64,000 nucleotides of DNA from Octopus bimaculoides (GCF_001194135.2 NC_068999.1:24159763-24223762); one strand, 5' to 3'; positions 50,328 to 64,000 are shown, numbered from the stretch's first letter. Notes: generated by a model not told the origin, from the letters alone. Program-made: numbers and translations.

Positions 50328-51388
50328 AAAAAAAAAAAAAAAGAAACCAGTTCTGACTGACACCATCATGGAAATTTACTGATAGTAATTTTGATTTTGA
50401 GAAATATTTTATATCACTGCTGCAAGACACGCACATATAAGGCATTTAAGTTTTCCTATTAATTAGAACTTGTTCTAGTTTAAAACATGTAATATTGATT
50501 TTGAATGCTATAACATATTATTTGGACATTTAATAAATCTCAGTGAGAGGATGTCTGAGTTAGACAAAAATAATAAATTGTAGGAAAGCATTTAGACAAC
50601 TGGCTGTAATCTTGTAGACCAGTTAAATAATAAAATCAGTGATGCACATAAAGATTCAAGATGTTTAAGAAGCTTGAGAAAGTTGAGAATGACTATGATT
50701 TACATAAAATTAGTGAAGATGATATAAAAATGTAAAAAGGATGAAAGCTGTGAACAGACATGAGAAATGAAAAGTGAGGATTTTAGCGAAGAGAAAGTAT
50801 TATGAAATGTAGCAATAACAGCATTGAAAATATTTCAGATGCGAATTACTTCCAAATATAACTTCACATGAACTAATTTTTTGATATTTGTTACTAATAT
50901 ATGTTGACAGACTATCATATTAGAATTATAAACTTCAAGTTGTTCTCAGAAAAATAATTCCATAAACTTTGGCATAAGTCATATTATGCAAAGGATATTA
51001 TCCTTAAAGCTAATACACTGTTGGTAAAGATCAATATTTTCTTTTGATGTTCTTTGAGAAGAAAATTATGCAAAGCTTATGTCAAAAGAAAGATGTTACT
51101 AATAGCATCAAATTTCTTCACATTGTAGGGTAAATTATAGAGAATTGTATATTTGAAATGTGAAATAGTGAAACAAAAGAAATATTTAGCATTCAAAAAA
51201 AGAAGATTGTTGTGCTTGTAAATAAAGACCAGAATAAAGAACAAAAACGTGTTGAGAATAAACCAGGAAATGACAGTTGCAAAGAGTATTGAATCAATTT
51301 GGTTAAATTTCTTTTCTTAAGCATGGAACTGTCTTGAGAAGAATAGGATTATTTTTTCAGTAAACTTAAAGAATGTCATTTATAGATA

Positions 51389-51772
51389 TTTTCATCAATA
51401 GGCATGGCTGAGTGATAAGAAGCTTGCTTCCCAACCATATCGTTTTGAGTTCAGTCCCACTGTGTGGGACTTCTACTATAGCCTTGACCAGCCAAAGCCT
51501 TGTGAGTGGATTGGTAGATGGAACTGAAAGAAGCCCATCATGTGTATATATGTGTGATTGTGTGTATGTGTGTGTGTGTGTGTGTGTGCTTTTGCCCCCC
51601 CACTACTTCTTGACAACCAGTGTTGGTGTGTCTAAATCCCCTGTAACTTAGCGAATTGGCAAAAGAGACTGATAGAATAAGTACTAGGCCTAGGCCGATT
51701 TGTTTAACTGAAGCCCTCCAAGGCAGTGCCCCAGCATGGCTACAGTCTAATGACTGAAACAAGTAAAAGATA
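51389..51772 (+). mobile_element. SINE family B
   Basis: AGGCATGGCTGAGTGATAAGAAGCTTGCTTCCCAACC...tail GACTGAAACAAGTAAAAGATAA. Confidence 0.85.
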
Positions 51773-52759
51773 AGATTGTTAGTAAAATAGTGTTTAGTTA
51801 ACAATGCAGCTGTTACTTTAATGACTTGAATTTCTACTGAACATTTGGGTCAAATTAAAGAGCTGTAAATTAGTGATCACTCATTTATTTTTCAGTTCTT
51901 GTGAATCCATCGCCATTCAGCAAGAGGAAGAATTCCTTGGATACTAATGAAGCAAGATTAAGTCTAGATATTGGAATAAAGCTGTTGATTGGACCTGTTT
52001 GAACAGAACATTTTATTAAATATGTTAGTGTATATCAACTGTTGTGGGTCAGTTATGATAAAGTTTAACCCGTTAGCATTTTAAATGGCCATATGCAGCA
52101 CAAATATTCTGTTTGTTTGTAATTTGAATGCTAATGAATTAACCTAAATTCCATGATTTTAAATAGTTAAGAAAGTTTTCCATTCTTAGATAATACTGTC
52201 ATTCTTTTGTTGTCTTTGCCCATGTGGGATTTGAATTCTGAAACTGAAACTCATGAAGCTTCTAATTACATAATGTTCTTAATGCTTATATTAATTATAT
52301 CAAGACCACTTAATGATACCAATTTATAAGGCAAAGATATTGACAGTTAAGTCTTTTATCATTCACTGTGTGCATCACTGGTGACAGTTGTCAGACAATT
52401 GGCTTTTGGGTTGGCAAGCTAATATACTAATTACTTAGTGAGCTACAGATCTTCACTATTCAGTGAGAAATATGTTTATGTGGATAACATTTGGAGGGAA
52501 AGTGCAAATCTTATTTCAGATTAGGCATTTTCATGGTAACAAATATGGAAGCTCATGGTGATGATGATGATAATGATGGTGATGGTGATGGTGATGATCA
52601 TTTTAACACCTAATTTTCAATGCTTACATGAATCGAATGGAGTTTATTGAGGTAGATTTTCTTTTGCCAGATGCCCTTCCTGTTGTAAACCTTCATCTAT
52701 TTCCAAGCAACATAAAATTATCCCATGGTCAGATATGTTATTGCAGAATATTGGAAATG

Positions 52760-52975
52760 AAAGGCAGCAAGCTGGCGGAAACATTAGCATGCCGGGTGAA
52801 ATGCTTAGCGGTATTGTGTCTGTCTTTACATTCTGAGTTCAAATTCTGCTGAGGTCAACTTTGCCTTTCATCCTTTCATGGTCGATAAATTAAGTACCAG
52901 TTGTGTACTGGTGTTGATCTAATTGACTGGTCCCCCCCCCCAATTTCGAGCCTTGTGCCTAGAGTAGAAAAGAAT
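52760..52975 (+). mobile_element. SINE family A
   Basis: AGGCAGCAAGCTGGCGGAAAC...CTTTGCCTTTCATCCTTTC..GGTCGATAAATTAAGTACCAG. Confidence 0.85.
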
Positions 52976-53122
52976 ATTGGGAATGAATGACACTGTTTGC
53001 ATGACATTGACACTAGTCTACAGCTATCATGTGATGTCAAAACAAGGAGACATAGATATACACACTCATTCTCACAGATAACTCTCACACACACACACAC
53101 ACACTCATTCTCACAGATAACT

Positions 53123-53197
<75 letters not shown>

Positions 53198-53199
53198 TG

Positions 53200-53345
53200 C
53201 TTCTTTCAATTTTTGTTTGCTAAATCCACTCACAAGACTTTTGTTGACCTGAAGCTATAGTAGAAGGTATTTGCTCGAGGTGCCAGATACTGGAACTGAA
53301 CCTGAAACCATGTAGTTGGAAAGCAAACTTTTTCCACCTCACTAT
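53200..53345 (-). mobile_element. SINE family B head fragment
   Basis: CTTCTTTCAA..TTTGTTTGCTAAATCCACTCACAAG...GCTATAGTAGAAG. Confidence 0.7.
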
Positions 53346-53729
53346 TATGGCTTGCACCTCACAGCTGCATCTGAATTTTTTTTCCCTTGAAAATTAAATT
53401 TTCAATTAATTTTTTTAAACAGAGCATTGAGTTACACTTCAATTCAAATTATGAGTTAACATCTCAGACAACTTAGTTTTTGCAGCTTGATGAAATTTCT
53501 TTCTTTACTTTTCTGTTCACCTTTGAAAAAAACCTTTGTCTGTCAAAACCCAGACACCATTAATAATTGTCTTTATATCTGCTCTCACTTGGTTATAAAT
53601 CATTACCACTTTAGTACTTTGGAAAGTAAAGATATTCCTATCTGTAAACAATAATTGATATTTTACTTTCCAGGATATTCTGTGTGAATAGTTCTGTACA
53701 CTTGCACACACATATAGTTTTAAGCAATG

Positions 53730-53762
<33 letters not shown>

Positions 53763-53809
53763 TATATATAAATATATGTATATGTATATTTTATTTTCTA
53801 TCTTTTCAG

Positions 53810-53866
53810 AGACTTATACTTTATCTTAGTATTGGAGCATTATTGGACTGTGTAGCCTACCTAATG
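53810..53866 (+). CDS. Coding micro-exon (57 nt) of the same cAMP-receptor-like GPCR; TM2
   Basis: Acceptor TATTTTATTTTCTATCTTTTCAG, donor ATG|GTAAGT; phase 0 on both sides; RLILYLSIGALLDCVAYLM. Confidence 0.78.
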
Positions 53867-56134
53867 GTAAGTAAAATATAATTATAACTATAACAATTTA
53901 GAAGAAATATTTAAAATGAGTTACAAGGTTACCTTTAATACAGCCAAAATATATTATTGCAAATATATAAACTCAATGACATAAACATTTCAAAGGGTGA
54001 GTGATCATGTAGAGGTTTGGGTCAGTGTAGGTGGAACTTGTGTATCTTGCATTTTATATTTCTATCGTAGTGTAATGTTGGTGACTGATTTTACAAAAGC
54101 CTGTGATCAGTGAGTTTGTTTACTGTTGCAGTGCTACTATTTTACTTAAAGTTATTATTGAGACATGAAATGTGGCATGCCCTTTGTTATTCTGATGAAT
54201 TATTTTGTGCATTTTGTTTTTCCTTATTGCTAGATTTGTCAATTATGTCTGATACAAATGTTTGCCAGTTTTCTACTTCTCTTTGGTATATTCTCTATGT
54301 TATTTCCGTGTTTAATTGCTTACTGCTGAGTTTTATTTCTGTTCTCTGAGGCATTGATGTATTTGAGTTTGGTTATTTCAGTTATGTAATTAGGCTTGTA
54401 CTTTTTATGTTACTTTGTAGACATCTTTTGGTAACTTCTATAATTATTTTCTTCTAAATATGTAATATAGTAGCTTTGTTGGTGACTGTATTGTTGCTAA
54501 GTTTTACAAATTGTAATTCTGTCTCTTGGTTGCAAGTTATTCCTCTGGGCTTTTTTACACTCTATAAAGTATTTTATAAAATACTTTATAAAAGTGGTTT
54601 TGTTTAGTTCACAATGTTTAGGTAAGTATGGTGGTCATAGAAGTGTTGGAGGATTGTTTAGTTTGTAAATGTGATGGATAAGTATGTGGAACAGAAAGAG
54701 ATATCTGAAGAGAAGTCACTGTTGTTAGTCTTTGTGTTCATGAGATGTTGGGAAAAGATGTGAAAAGAGTTTAACTCTTTCAAATTATTGAATTATTCTG
54801 TTGAATGTTATGTTTATTCATTCACATTTAAAAAAAATTAACCATGCATTATCTCGTAACTTTGAGATTTCAATGATGTGATTGTTTATTTTTAGAATAA
54901 CATTATAGGGAAGGTGTGAGAAGCTAGTCTGGGATGGTTTGAACATAAAACAGGTAGACTGGATATGACTGGTTTGAATACTAAAAGGTTAATTATGATA
55001 CTAATCTGTCTCGCTTGTAGTTTATATTATTTATGAACCAGGATGTGTTGTATGCAGTGACGTTTCCCATCACTTATAGTTTTACGAGTGTGTTAAGGTG
55101 ATTAAGATGTTATAACTGTGGTATGTAGTTTGGTGGGTTAGTGAGGTTGGTGCTAATATACACAAGTATTACATTAATGCTTCATTCTGCTGAATTTTGT
55201 CATGGATACTTGTGTTTTTATGCCTTATTAATATTGTCATTTGTGGTGTCTACATTTTGTGATGCATAATTATGTGCTTATTATAAGGCTGCTACACTGA
55301 GTTAGCTTACTGGGATGAAATTAGGGATTTGAGGGAGCTTGAAGACGGACTGTAGTGCAACCAAATGTAAATGTTTTGGCTTACAAATATAATGTTTGTG
55401 CTTGTATTGTTGTTGTTCTCTTGTAAGGTAAAAGGTTTTATTGATTTTTGGCTCTGGTCACCAGCTGTTGTGAGAAGTGATAAAAATGAAGCCCAATTTG
55501 AAAGAAATCATTGACAACTCTTTACTATATTAAAATGTGTAGCTTTATATACTTTGTGTTCCACTGTTAAAACAATTTATAAATATGTCTATTTTTGTTA
55601 TGCTACATGTTAATTTTTTCTGAATCTCCAATGGGCCATTCAAGAAATATTTTGATAAACAAAAATTCAACTTGGCAACGTGCATGTGTGTGTGCTAAAA
55701 TGCTTGATTGTATTCTGAATGGTATATGTATGTGCATGTGGCAGTAGTAGGTTTTAACTGGATAGCATTTACAAAAAGTTTACAGTATGTTTGTGTGTCG
55801 GATAGCCCGACTGGTCATAACAGTTTTGTTTTTTTATTTTCATTGCCTGTCAATAGACTCATTTATTGTACTGGTGATATTGGTACCTTCTGCTATTGGT
55901 CAGACACCAATAGCCAAGGGCTAAAATGTACTCTTCTCTGTTGATGCATTTCTCTTTCAAAAACTTGGCTCTGACTGGTTGTGTATGACTTCTTGTTATC
56001 TGTTTCTATATTTGAAACTAACTGAACGAGTTATGAGAGTAAGGTCAAGAAGTGTTAAACTGACATTTCTGGTTGGTTAAAAGAGGTCAGAAGATACAAA
56101 AAATAAAATAACTTACATGTTTCTAAAGTAAAGT

Positions 56135-56560
56135 ATACATTTTGGCACAAGGCCAGCAATTGCAGGAAAGAGGATAAGTTGATTAAATTGACCCCAGTGT
56201 TCAACTGGTACTTATTTTACTGACTCTGACAGGATGAAAGCCAAACTGGATCTCAGCAGAATTTGAACTCAGAGTATAAAGACAGACAAAATGCTGCTAA
56301 ACATTTTGTCTGGCATGTTGCCTTAAATTATACATAAATATTGATTTCAAATTTTGGCACAAGGCCAACAAGTTTGAGGTGGGGGGCTAAGGCAATTACA
56401 TCAACTCCAGTGATCAACTGTAATCAAATTTTATTAACCCCAAAAGGATGAAAGGCAAAATCAACCTCCACAGAATTTGAACTCAGAATGTAAAGACAAA
56501 CGAAATGCCAAAAGCATTTTACCTGTCATGCTAGTGATTCTGCCAGCTCGCTGCCTTAAA
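56135..56560 (-). mobile_element. Head-to-tail dimer of SINE family A
   Basis: Two minus-strand copies (about 56560-56340 and 56330-56135), each starting at TTTTGGCACAAGGCC on the plus strand. Confidence 0.85.
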
Positions 56561-56721
56561 GTATACATAAATATTACAAACACAAATTGGTTAAAATGCC
56601 AAGATTAGCTGTAAATGGACCATACGTTCAGGGTTTGAAACTTAGCCAGTTTTCTGTTACAGTAGCTTTATCCCTTGCATCGCCACAATGTGAATGTTCA
56701 ACATGATGGTAACGTTGTGTT

Positions 56722-57117
56722 GTAGCATCTTTTGTGTTTCAGTCATTAGACTGCAGCCATGCTAGAGCACCACCTTGGAGAACTTTTGGTTGAATGAATT
56801 GACCCCAGTACTTTTCTTTTTTTAAGCCTATTTCTTATTCTATTGGTCTCTTTTTGCTGAATTGCTAAGTTACGGGGGTGTAAACAAACCAACACAAGTT
56901 GTCAAGCGGTGGTTGGGGACCCACATAGGTACAAAGACACACACACATAAATATATATTCACAATGGGCTACTTTCAGTTTCTTTCTACCAAATCCACTC
57001 AAGACTTTTGTTTGCCCTGAAGCTATAGTAGAAGACACTTGCTCAAGGTGCCATGCAGTGGGACTGAACTTGGAACTATGCGGTTGGGAAGGAAGCTTCT
57101 TACCACACAGCCATGTC
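56722..57117 (-). mobile_element. SINE family B
   Basis: Tail-to-head match on the minus strand. Confidence 0.85.
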
Positions 57118-59444
57118 TGTGCCTGTGTTCAACCTTTTTTTTAATATAATGGCTGTGTGTTGTACCCTAGATACTTTGGTTGTTGCTGTGTGTAATTAAC
57201 ATGGACTTTGGTATGTTAGTTGTTTTTGTTGTACTATGTGCAATAAAATCACTGTTGGATATGGTGACTTTAAGAAGGGAATAATGGTAGTACTTTTTTT
57301 TTGTTCATTGTCATTGTATCTCATGATTCAAGATATGTTTGGGTGAGTGAGATCTTGTTGCTTTGTGTCGTATGTTTGTATGTGAGTATGATCTGAGATA
57401 TAACTTTGTTAGGTACTTAGTATCTGTTTTATGCAGAACAGCTGTGTTTGAATTTGTTCAGGTTTAGTATTTTCATCTTTCAGCTTTGTATCATCTGAAC
57501 AGTGCTCCAAGTATGACCATTTCATCTTTTTAGATGTAATACAAACACACACACACACAGTTGTATGTATGTATGTATACATAAACACGCATACACACAT
57601 ACAAAATTGTGTATACACACATACAAAATTGAATATATTAGTGTGTCTTTCTCTTCTTAAGATGTAGGTAGGGAATGGTTTGGCAGATTTGGCTGCTTAT
57701 TCTAGCAGATCAAGTGACTACTTAGAGGTTCCCTTCTTATGAGAGTGATTGTATAGTGAGCCTGTTATGCAGTTATTGGAGGATATTTTTAAGGTCTGTT
57801 CATAAGCATATATTCCTGCTAAAAGGCATCTGAGTTGCATGGACACGACCCATAAAGACAGGAAGGGAGTATAATCTGCATAGGAACATTTGTGGATAGA
57901 AGTATCAGAAAGTAGTTAATTAATGTTTGAAAGACATAACCGGTAACTTTGTTGATAGAATGAATGCTGAAGAGAACCTCATTCATCCACATTGTGATTA
58001 AGATATCTGTCAGATACTTTCCTATTCAGAAGATATTTGAAAAATGATTTTTCATGGTAGATGAAGAAGAATGCTTTGCTGATGACAAAAGCAATAATTT
58101 CATTTTTGTCAAAGTTATCAAAGACAGAGACTATTGCTGTGTAACATAAGAAAGAAATACTCTATTGGTTCTGTCTGTATGGAAATGAAAAGAGTTGATT
58201 ATTTATAACTTTCTCTATTATCTTTGAGATGTTTAGAGTGATGTTGTAGTTGACAGTGTCTTAGATATTACTTGCACTGAAGAGAATACACACTGTCATG
58301 TGTGTCTATAACTTGAGAAAGGTTTCCATAGAAGTATAAACATTGTAAAGATGTGTGTTTGCTCATTAGCTTCTTGTTTAAAGAGGATACCAGTAACACT
58401 TCCAAGGCTGGTTGCTTCATTGAGCTTAAATTTTCAAAGAAGTCTGTACACTTAGCAGCTATATGCACATTATGATGTGGCAAATGTGCTGAATAAATCA
58501 GTTGAAGAGAAAAAGAAAGAGAGAGGGGGAGGGAGAGAGAGAGAGAGTGTGTGTGCGTGTGTGCACGTGTGTGTGTGTGTGTGTGTGTGCATGCGCACAT
58601 ACATGCAGAGTTAAGAGCAAAATGGGTTCCTTTATATGTAGAGGTACCACTTACAAAGTCATCTGGAACAGGCTTTTATGATTGATACATGATGGAGAAT
58701 AGTTTTTAAGCTACCACATAACAGCTTCAGATGGATTGAAAGTGAGGCACATTTTCTGCTAAAGGTTGTCAGCATAGAATTGGTTGAGTTCTAGTTAACT
58801 AACCAATGAAATATCAAAGAACTCAATGCAGTGATACTGATGTGGATTGAGTTGCAATGATGAGAAAGTAATCAGATAATCACATTAAGCAAATACTTCA
58901 ATGTGAGAGCAAAGGTTGAGTTTGAAAGGTATTTCCATGGTTGAGGTGTTGTTCAAGTATAAGAATATGTGATATGACTTCTAGTGTAAACAGTTCAAGA
59001 TGGCAAATGTTTCAGCTTTGAGTGAAGTGAGAGAACCAGGAGGAATTGTCTATTATTCATTCAGGTTGCGTATATTACTTTCCTTTAGATTTTGTGGCTG
59101 TTCAGTGGATTGTCTGTCATTCTTCACTATACACCACTGAAATTTGTGTAGAAATTAATCCTTTTGAAATATCATTTCAAGTTAAAATATAAACTATGTT
59201 GGTTTCACAGTTAATAACTTGACTACACCATCTATGATTGAGAATATTTCTGGTCTTCTTTCATTTAATATAACTGCTTAAGTATTCAAATTTTATAAAT
59301 CACTCTAAAGAATCCAATAACATATTGTTAGAAATATTACTAAATATTGTATTGTTATTATTATATAATATTGAATATTGTATTTATATACAATACTTTG
59401 TGAAACCAGTGTAAATTACTTTATAATTTGCTGTGGATAATATT

Positions 59445-59660
59445 GATTTCAAATATTGGCACAAGGCCAGCAGTTTTGGGGTAAGAGTTAAGTAGATTAC
59501 ATCAACACCAGTGCTCAACTGGTACTTATTTTATTGATTCTGAAAGGATGAAAGGCAAAGTAGATCCTCAGTAGAATTTGAACACAGAATGTGCAGACGG
59601 ATGAAATGCCACTAAGCATTTTACCTGGTGTGCTAACAATTCTGCCAGCTTACTGCCTTT
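59445..59660 (-). mobile_element. SINE family A
   Basis: TTGGCACAAGGCCAGCA...CTGGTACTTATTTTATTGA...GGATGAAAGGCAAAGT...TTCTGCCAGCTTACTGCCTT. Confidence 0.85.
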
Positions 59661-60794
59661 GCTATGGACAATATTACCGAAGATATGCAACAGATATAAC
59701 ATTTGTATTCAGTTTTATTCCTGAGGGTTCTTTTGGGAGATAAAAGCTAGTTACAAGATTAAAACTTGTGGGTACATGACATGCTCTTGGCAATGATCTT
59801 TGCCTGACTTTATTTATGATAACTGTGATATCTTGTAAACAAAAAGGTGATTAATGAATGACTCTCTGCTAATGAGATTATGAAGTGTTTTTTTAATTAT
59901 GACCAATTTTGTTGCCTGATTAGTTTGAAGAATATAAGCTAATGTAGTCAAAACAGTCATTGAAATAGTAAATCTTCCCAATTAACTCTCTTTGGATGAT
60001 GCATTGCATAATTGGCTGATAATTAAACAAATTGAAGTTTTGAATTTCACATGAATTCAATTGTTTTAATTTAAAATAAGATACATCATATCTGGACATG
60101 GCTAATGTTTGTTGAAACTGTTTTTTTTGTTTTTGTTTTGCAACTAATGTTTAAATTAACATAGTGATTTAGACTAACATTTTTTTCTTGTTTCTGATGA
60201 ATATATTACCTGAAAACAAATTCTTTTAGATTTTGAAATTGGAGAAATATCTAAAGTCTATAATGTTCCATCAAAATTACAATTAAGACTTATCTACATA
60301 GCAGAGAAGACATGTTATACACACTTGATACTTTGTGTATAATAAGGATTCATTTGTTGAATGATCGCTTGTTTTGTGACTGCAAAACTTAGAAAATATA
60401 AGGCTTCATTTTGTGAGAGTAAAAATCTATAATGAGAATTGTTAAATACATTTACAGTTATACTTCAGCAGGAAATGAAAAAAGGTATCTCCTTTAAGGT
60501 GTATTAAAAGTAATATTCTTTAATAGCTAATCTTTACAGAGTTGAAAATCTAGCACTAAATGTAGTATACATATAAAAAAAAAATCTAACTCTGATAATC
60601 ATGATAAAAAAATAAAGAAAGAAAAAATCCCTCTTGAGTTGGGAAATCTAATTCTGGAGGCTTTTTGAAGCAGATGATATAATTTATTAAAGGTTTAATG
60701 TTGTTATACATGATGTATTCCTCATCTAAACATTAAACTGAATCAATTTCAAATAATTTTGTGTATTTAATTTTGATTGTATATTTTGAGCATT

Positions 60795-60832
<38 letters not shown>

Positions 60833-61639
60833 CAATACATAGATACAGTACAGCCTTGTCATAGCTACATTAAGCTGATATAAGAACAGGTTTGTAACAA
60901 AACATGCTTCTACATTAGGATGTGGTTGTTTGTTTTTAATTTTTTACTTTGATTTTGAATAACTGTAGATTAGTTCCTACTCATATTTCCACTTTTTTTA
61001 GAAATATATGAGAAGGGACAATGTTTCAAAGAGATGTAGTTATAGTGTAAAAGGTTTGTATATTGTTTAGTACAGAGTATTCAAGGTGTTGTATGTTGTG
61101 TTTGCTGAGATGTAAAGTAATTAGTAAAACAAAAGGATTTCGAGTAGAGAAGCAAAGCATGAGTGAGAGAAGATTTCTCGATCAGATAAATGAATAACTT
61201 GAGAACAAAACACTCAGGAACACCTGATGCATGAAATATTAATTGTAAAGTGGGCACTAATGTACACATACTTGATGTAATGAGACAAGAAGTTTTATTA
61301 AATAAAATGAAACTAATGGGTGGTCAGAAAAAAACAATCCTCATTAATTCTGATTCAGAAGTGCAGGGTAGATGATCCCAAAAGTTATGTTAATTAAAGT
61401 TAATTAAATACACTATGCTTTGCTGATAAGATTTAATAAAACGGAAACATGTTCAGAATTGTCACTACTGCAAAAGATCAGTTTCACTTTACATTGTATT
61501 CTGTATTTAATTAATTGTAATTAATTTAAATTCTAGTTTCCCTTGCTTTTATTGACAAGAATTCATTGTTCACTGTTTTTCTTAGTACTAATGATGTACT
61601 ATTAATTAAAATTTCTTTGTTTACACAAACACACACACA

Positions 61640-61960
61640 CATAACTATGTGGTAAAATACTTGCTTCCCAAACTTCTTACTGAACCTAGAACACATATTA
61701 TATATATATATATGTATATATATACATATGTGCACATACACACTGGTGCCAGTGCCACATAAAATGCACATAAATGCACCCATAATGGTGGCATGTAAAA
61801 AGCATCCAGCACATTCTTTAAAGTGGTTGACTTTAAGAAGGGTATCCAGCTATAAAAACCATGCCACAACAGACAATTAGAGTCTGGCCGGCTCCTGTCA
61901 AACCATTCAACCCATGCCATCATGGAAAACAGATGTTAAATGATGATGGGGATGATGTTG
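61640..61960 (+). mobile_element. SINE with family-B-like head, microsatellite and family D (RTE-like) 3' part ending in (GAT)n
   Basis: CTATGTGGTAAAATACTTGCTTCCCAA...GTGGTTGAC.TTAAGAAGGG.ATCCAGCT.TA.AAAC...CAACCCATGCCA.CATGGAAAACAGATGTTAAATGATGATG. Confidence 0.7.
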
Positions 61961-63759
61961 ATTAATTTCCACTTTACTATTAATCAGATAAATGGCTTAT
62001 TTTTCAAAACAAAGTTAAAAATACGAGCATATAAACTTCAGATATTGAATTTGTGGAATATATTATGGTTATTTTCAGTGTAATCTTTAATTCCTGTTAA
62101 GAAATTTTTGTAATAATATAAGAATTGTAACCAGATTAAAGCTGGAAATGTTTGGCAAGTGGGAATTAATTTTTCTGAACAGGAATGACTGTTTACACAA
62201 GATAAAATGATTTTATGGAACAGCTTGTACTCTGTTAATGAAACACCTGATCAATGCTGAAGAATATAAAATAACAGCTCTGTTGTGTAGCCAAAGGCTA
62301 TCCAACAGAGATATTATTTTATCCTGAAAACTTTGAAGATGTTGAGTTTCTAGCAGTCATCATTAAAAGGAATTATTCTCAGCATGTATAAGTTTTGTGA
62401 TTTTGTTACCATTTAATAATTTCTTTATTGAGTAATATAGATTACATGCTATTCTGATAGTCAAAGATATGATGTTTGTTGTTTGAGCAGATCTAGGCAC
62501 AAAGGTAGATGATTAGAAAAAGTATTTAGTCAGCAACAGCAGTTTTAATAATGGCTATCATGACTTTATGGCTTGGCATGCCTTAAGATTTTTAACATAA
62601 TAAAGTGATCTGTTTTAGAAATATTTAGCTGTTGTAATGAGCAGTTCAGATAATTGTGTAGAAGCTTTAATTAGACAGGAATTCTAGTTCTGAATTACAA
62701 CCTGATAGTAGTCTCTTAATGTGGAAGAAAGGAGTAAATGGAATCATACATCAATTCTGGTTATAATGATAAAAGGATGTTCTACACTATTATTATGAAG
62801 AATTATCTGTCTATGAGATAAGAATTTATCTCAAGTTAGTTCAGACAGAAATAGATCATCATGCATAGATAAATGGTATTGTAAGTCAAGTGTAGAGAGT
62901 AAACAAATAATGGCTTAAAATTAAATGATTCAGCTTCTTCTACATAAGTCCTTATATAAGTTAGAGAAATAGGTGTATAAGAGGTATACTACCTAAAGAA
63001 AATAGACTAAGAAGTAATTAGAAATATTAACATAAAATTCCTGGTTATAAATAGTTGTGATAGTTGTGTGTGTTTGTGTGTGCACGTATGTATGTACGTA
63101 CAAAATCTATGAAATATTTTCTTTCTAATTTCATTCTCTATGAAGTTAATCGCCCAGTAGAAATATTAAGAGCTGATCATCCTACTCTGCTGTTGTTTAA
63201 TTATTAATATGGCCAATCATGTGATTGTCATCTTACCATATTCTAGCAGCCTGCAATTTAACATTCCATTGAATTTATAATCAGTTATCATCAGGAATAT
63301 AATAAAAATCAAGATGAATTATATTATATATAAATGTTATATATGTGGAGACAGACTTCTTATAATGATTTGAAATTTGCAAATAAATGACATTATGATT
63401 GTTGTAAACAACAAAGAATTTTAAGCAAAAGAATAATCGATATTCAAATATTATTTTGGTGATAAAAACACCCTCTGATAATTTTAATCTAATTTTTTTT
63501 TTAATCATAAAAACATTAGGCTATTTAATTAAAATTAAATCAAAGATATTTTGTTTATATGAAATTATTTAAGGTATAATCTAGTTGTTCTTCTGTTTAT
63601 AAAGGTAATGCAACACTATAAAAACACCTAACTTCTGTTCAATTTGTTATGATTATACATACATACATACATACATACATACATACATACATACATACAT
63701 ACATACATACATGTCAGTCCAGTGGCACTGGCAATGACCTCGCTCGAATGTTTTACTTC

Positions 63760-63790
<31 letters not shown>

Positions 63791-64000
63791 TTTCATATAA
63801 TAAGTTATCTGAACCATAAAATATCAGGTTGCATTCCAAAACTGGACCATAATTGTATTCTACATGTTGTCAAATATTGATTGAATAGAACCAACAGGCA
63901 AGTGGCATAAATATTAATGTGCTTTAAAAGGTTCTAGATTTTCATTGTATTTTCTATATTGAAATCTCTTGAAAGATTCTTTAAGACAATGATATTCATC

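Noticed and set aside
59065-59140. Next GPCR exon (TM3) candidate DFVAVQWIVCHSSLY
   Set aside because: Phase does not match the phase-0 donor at 53866 and similarity is weak; no convincing TM3 exon was found in the window.
57800-59300. Further LINE remnants on the minus strand
   Set aside because: Only faint motif-like fragments (for example FYADN) with wrong spacing; cannot be supported by eye.

Overview
AT-rich eukaryotic draft-assembly window with nine N-gaps and dense microsatellites. The SINE families look cephalopod (Octopus-like); this is recognised from memory, not from a search. Most of the window appears to be intron of one + strand gene. Two micro-exons (14617-14671 and 53810-53866) splice in frame across a 39,138-bp intron to give LFMISVMWLFRRYLALAQ|RLILYLSIGALLDCVAYLM, which resembles TM1-ICL1-TM2 of a cAMP-receptor-like (CrlA/GPR157-type) GPCR. 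The rest is mostly transposon-derived: Penelope-like element (PLE) pieces (RT, GIY-YIG, pseudo-LTRs), decayed LINEs, an RTE 3' end, a hAT, TIR-bounded mariner, Tc1 and maT/DD37D copies, a Helitron helicase remnant, MITEs and about 30 tRNA-derived SINE copies. Three signals stand out. (1) A tRNA-headed, Pol III-type SINE carries an intact minimal hammerhead ribozyme (1904-2196). (2) A second hammerhead family has a compensatory U3:A8 core and a bulged helix I (25363-25422). (3) A near-perfect 121-bp fold-back duplication sits inside the maT transposase (46481-46723). All folds and alignments were done by eye.
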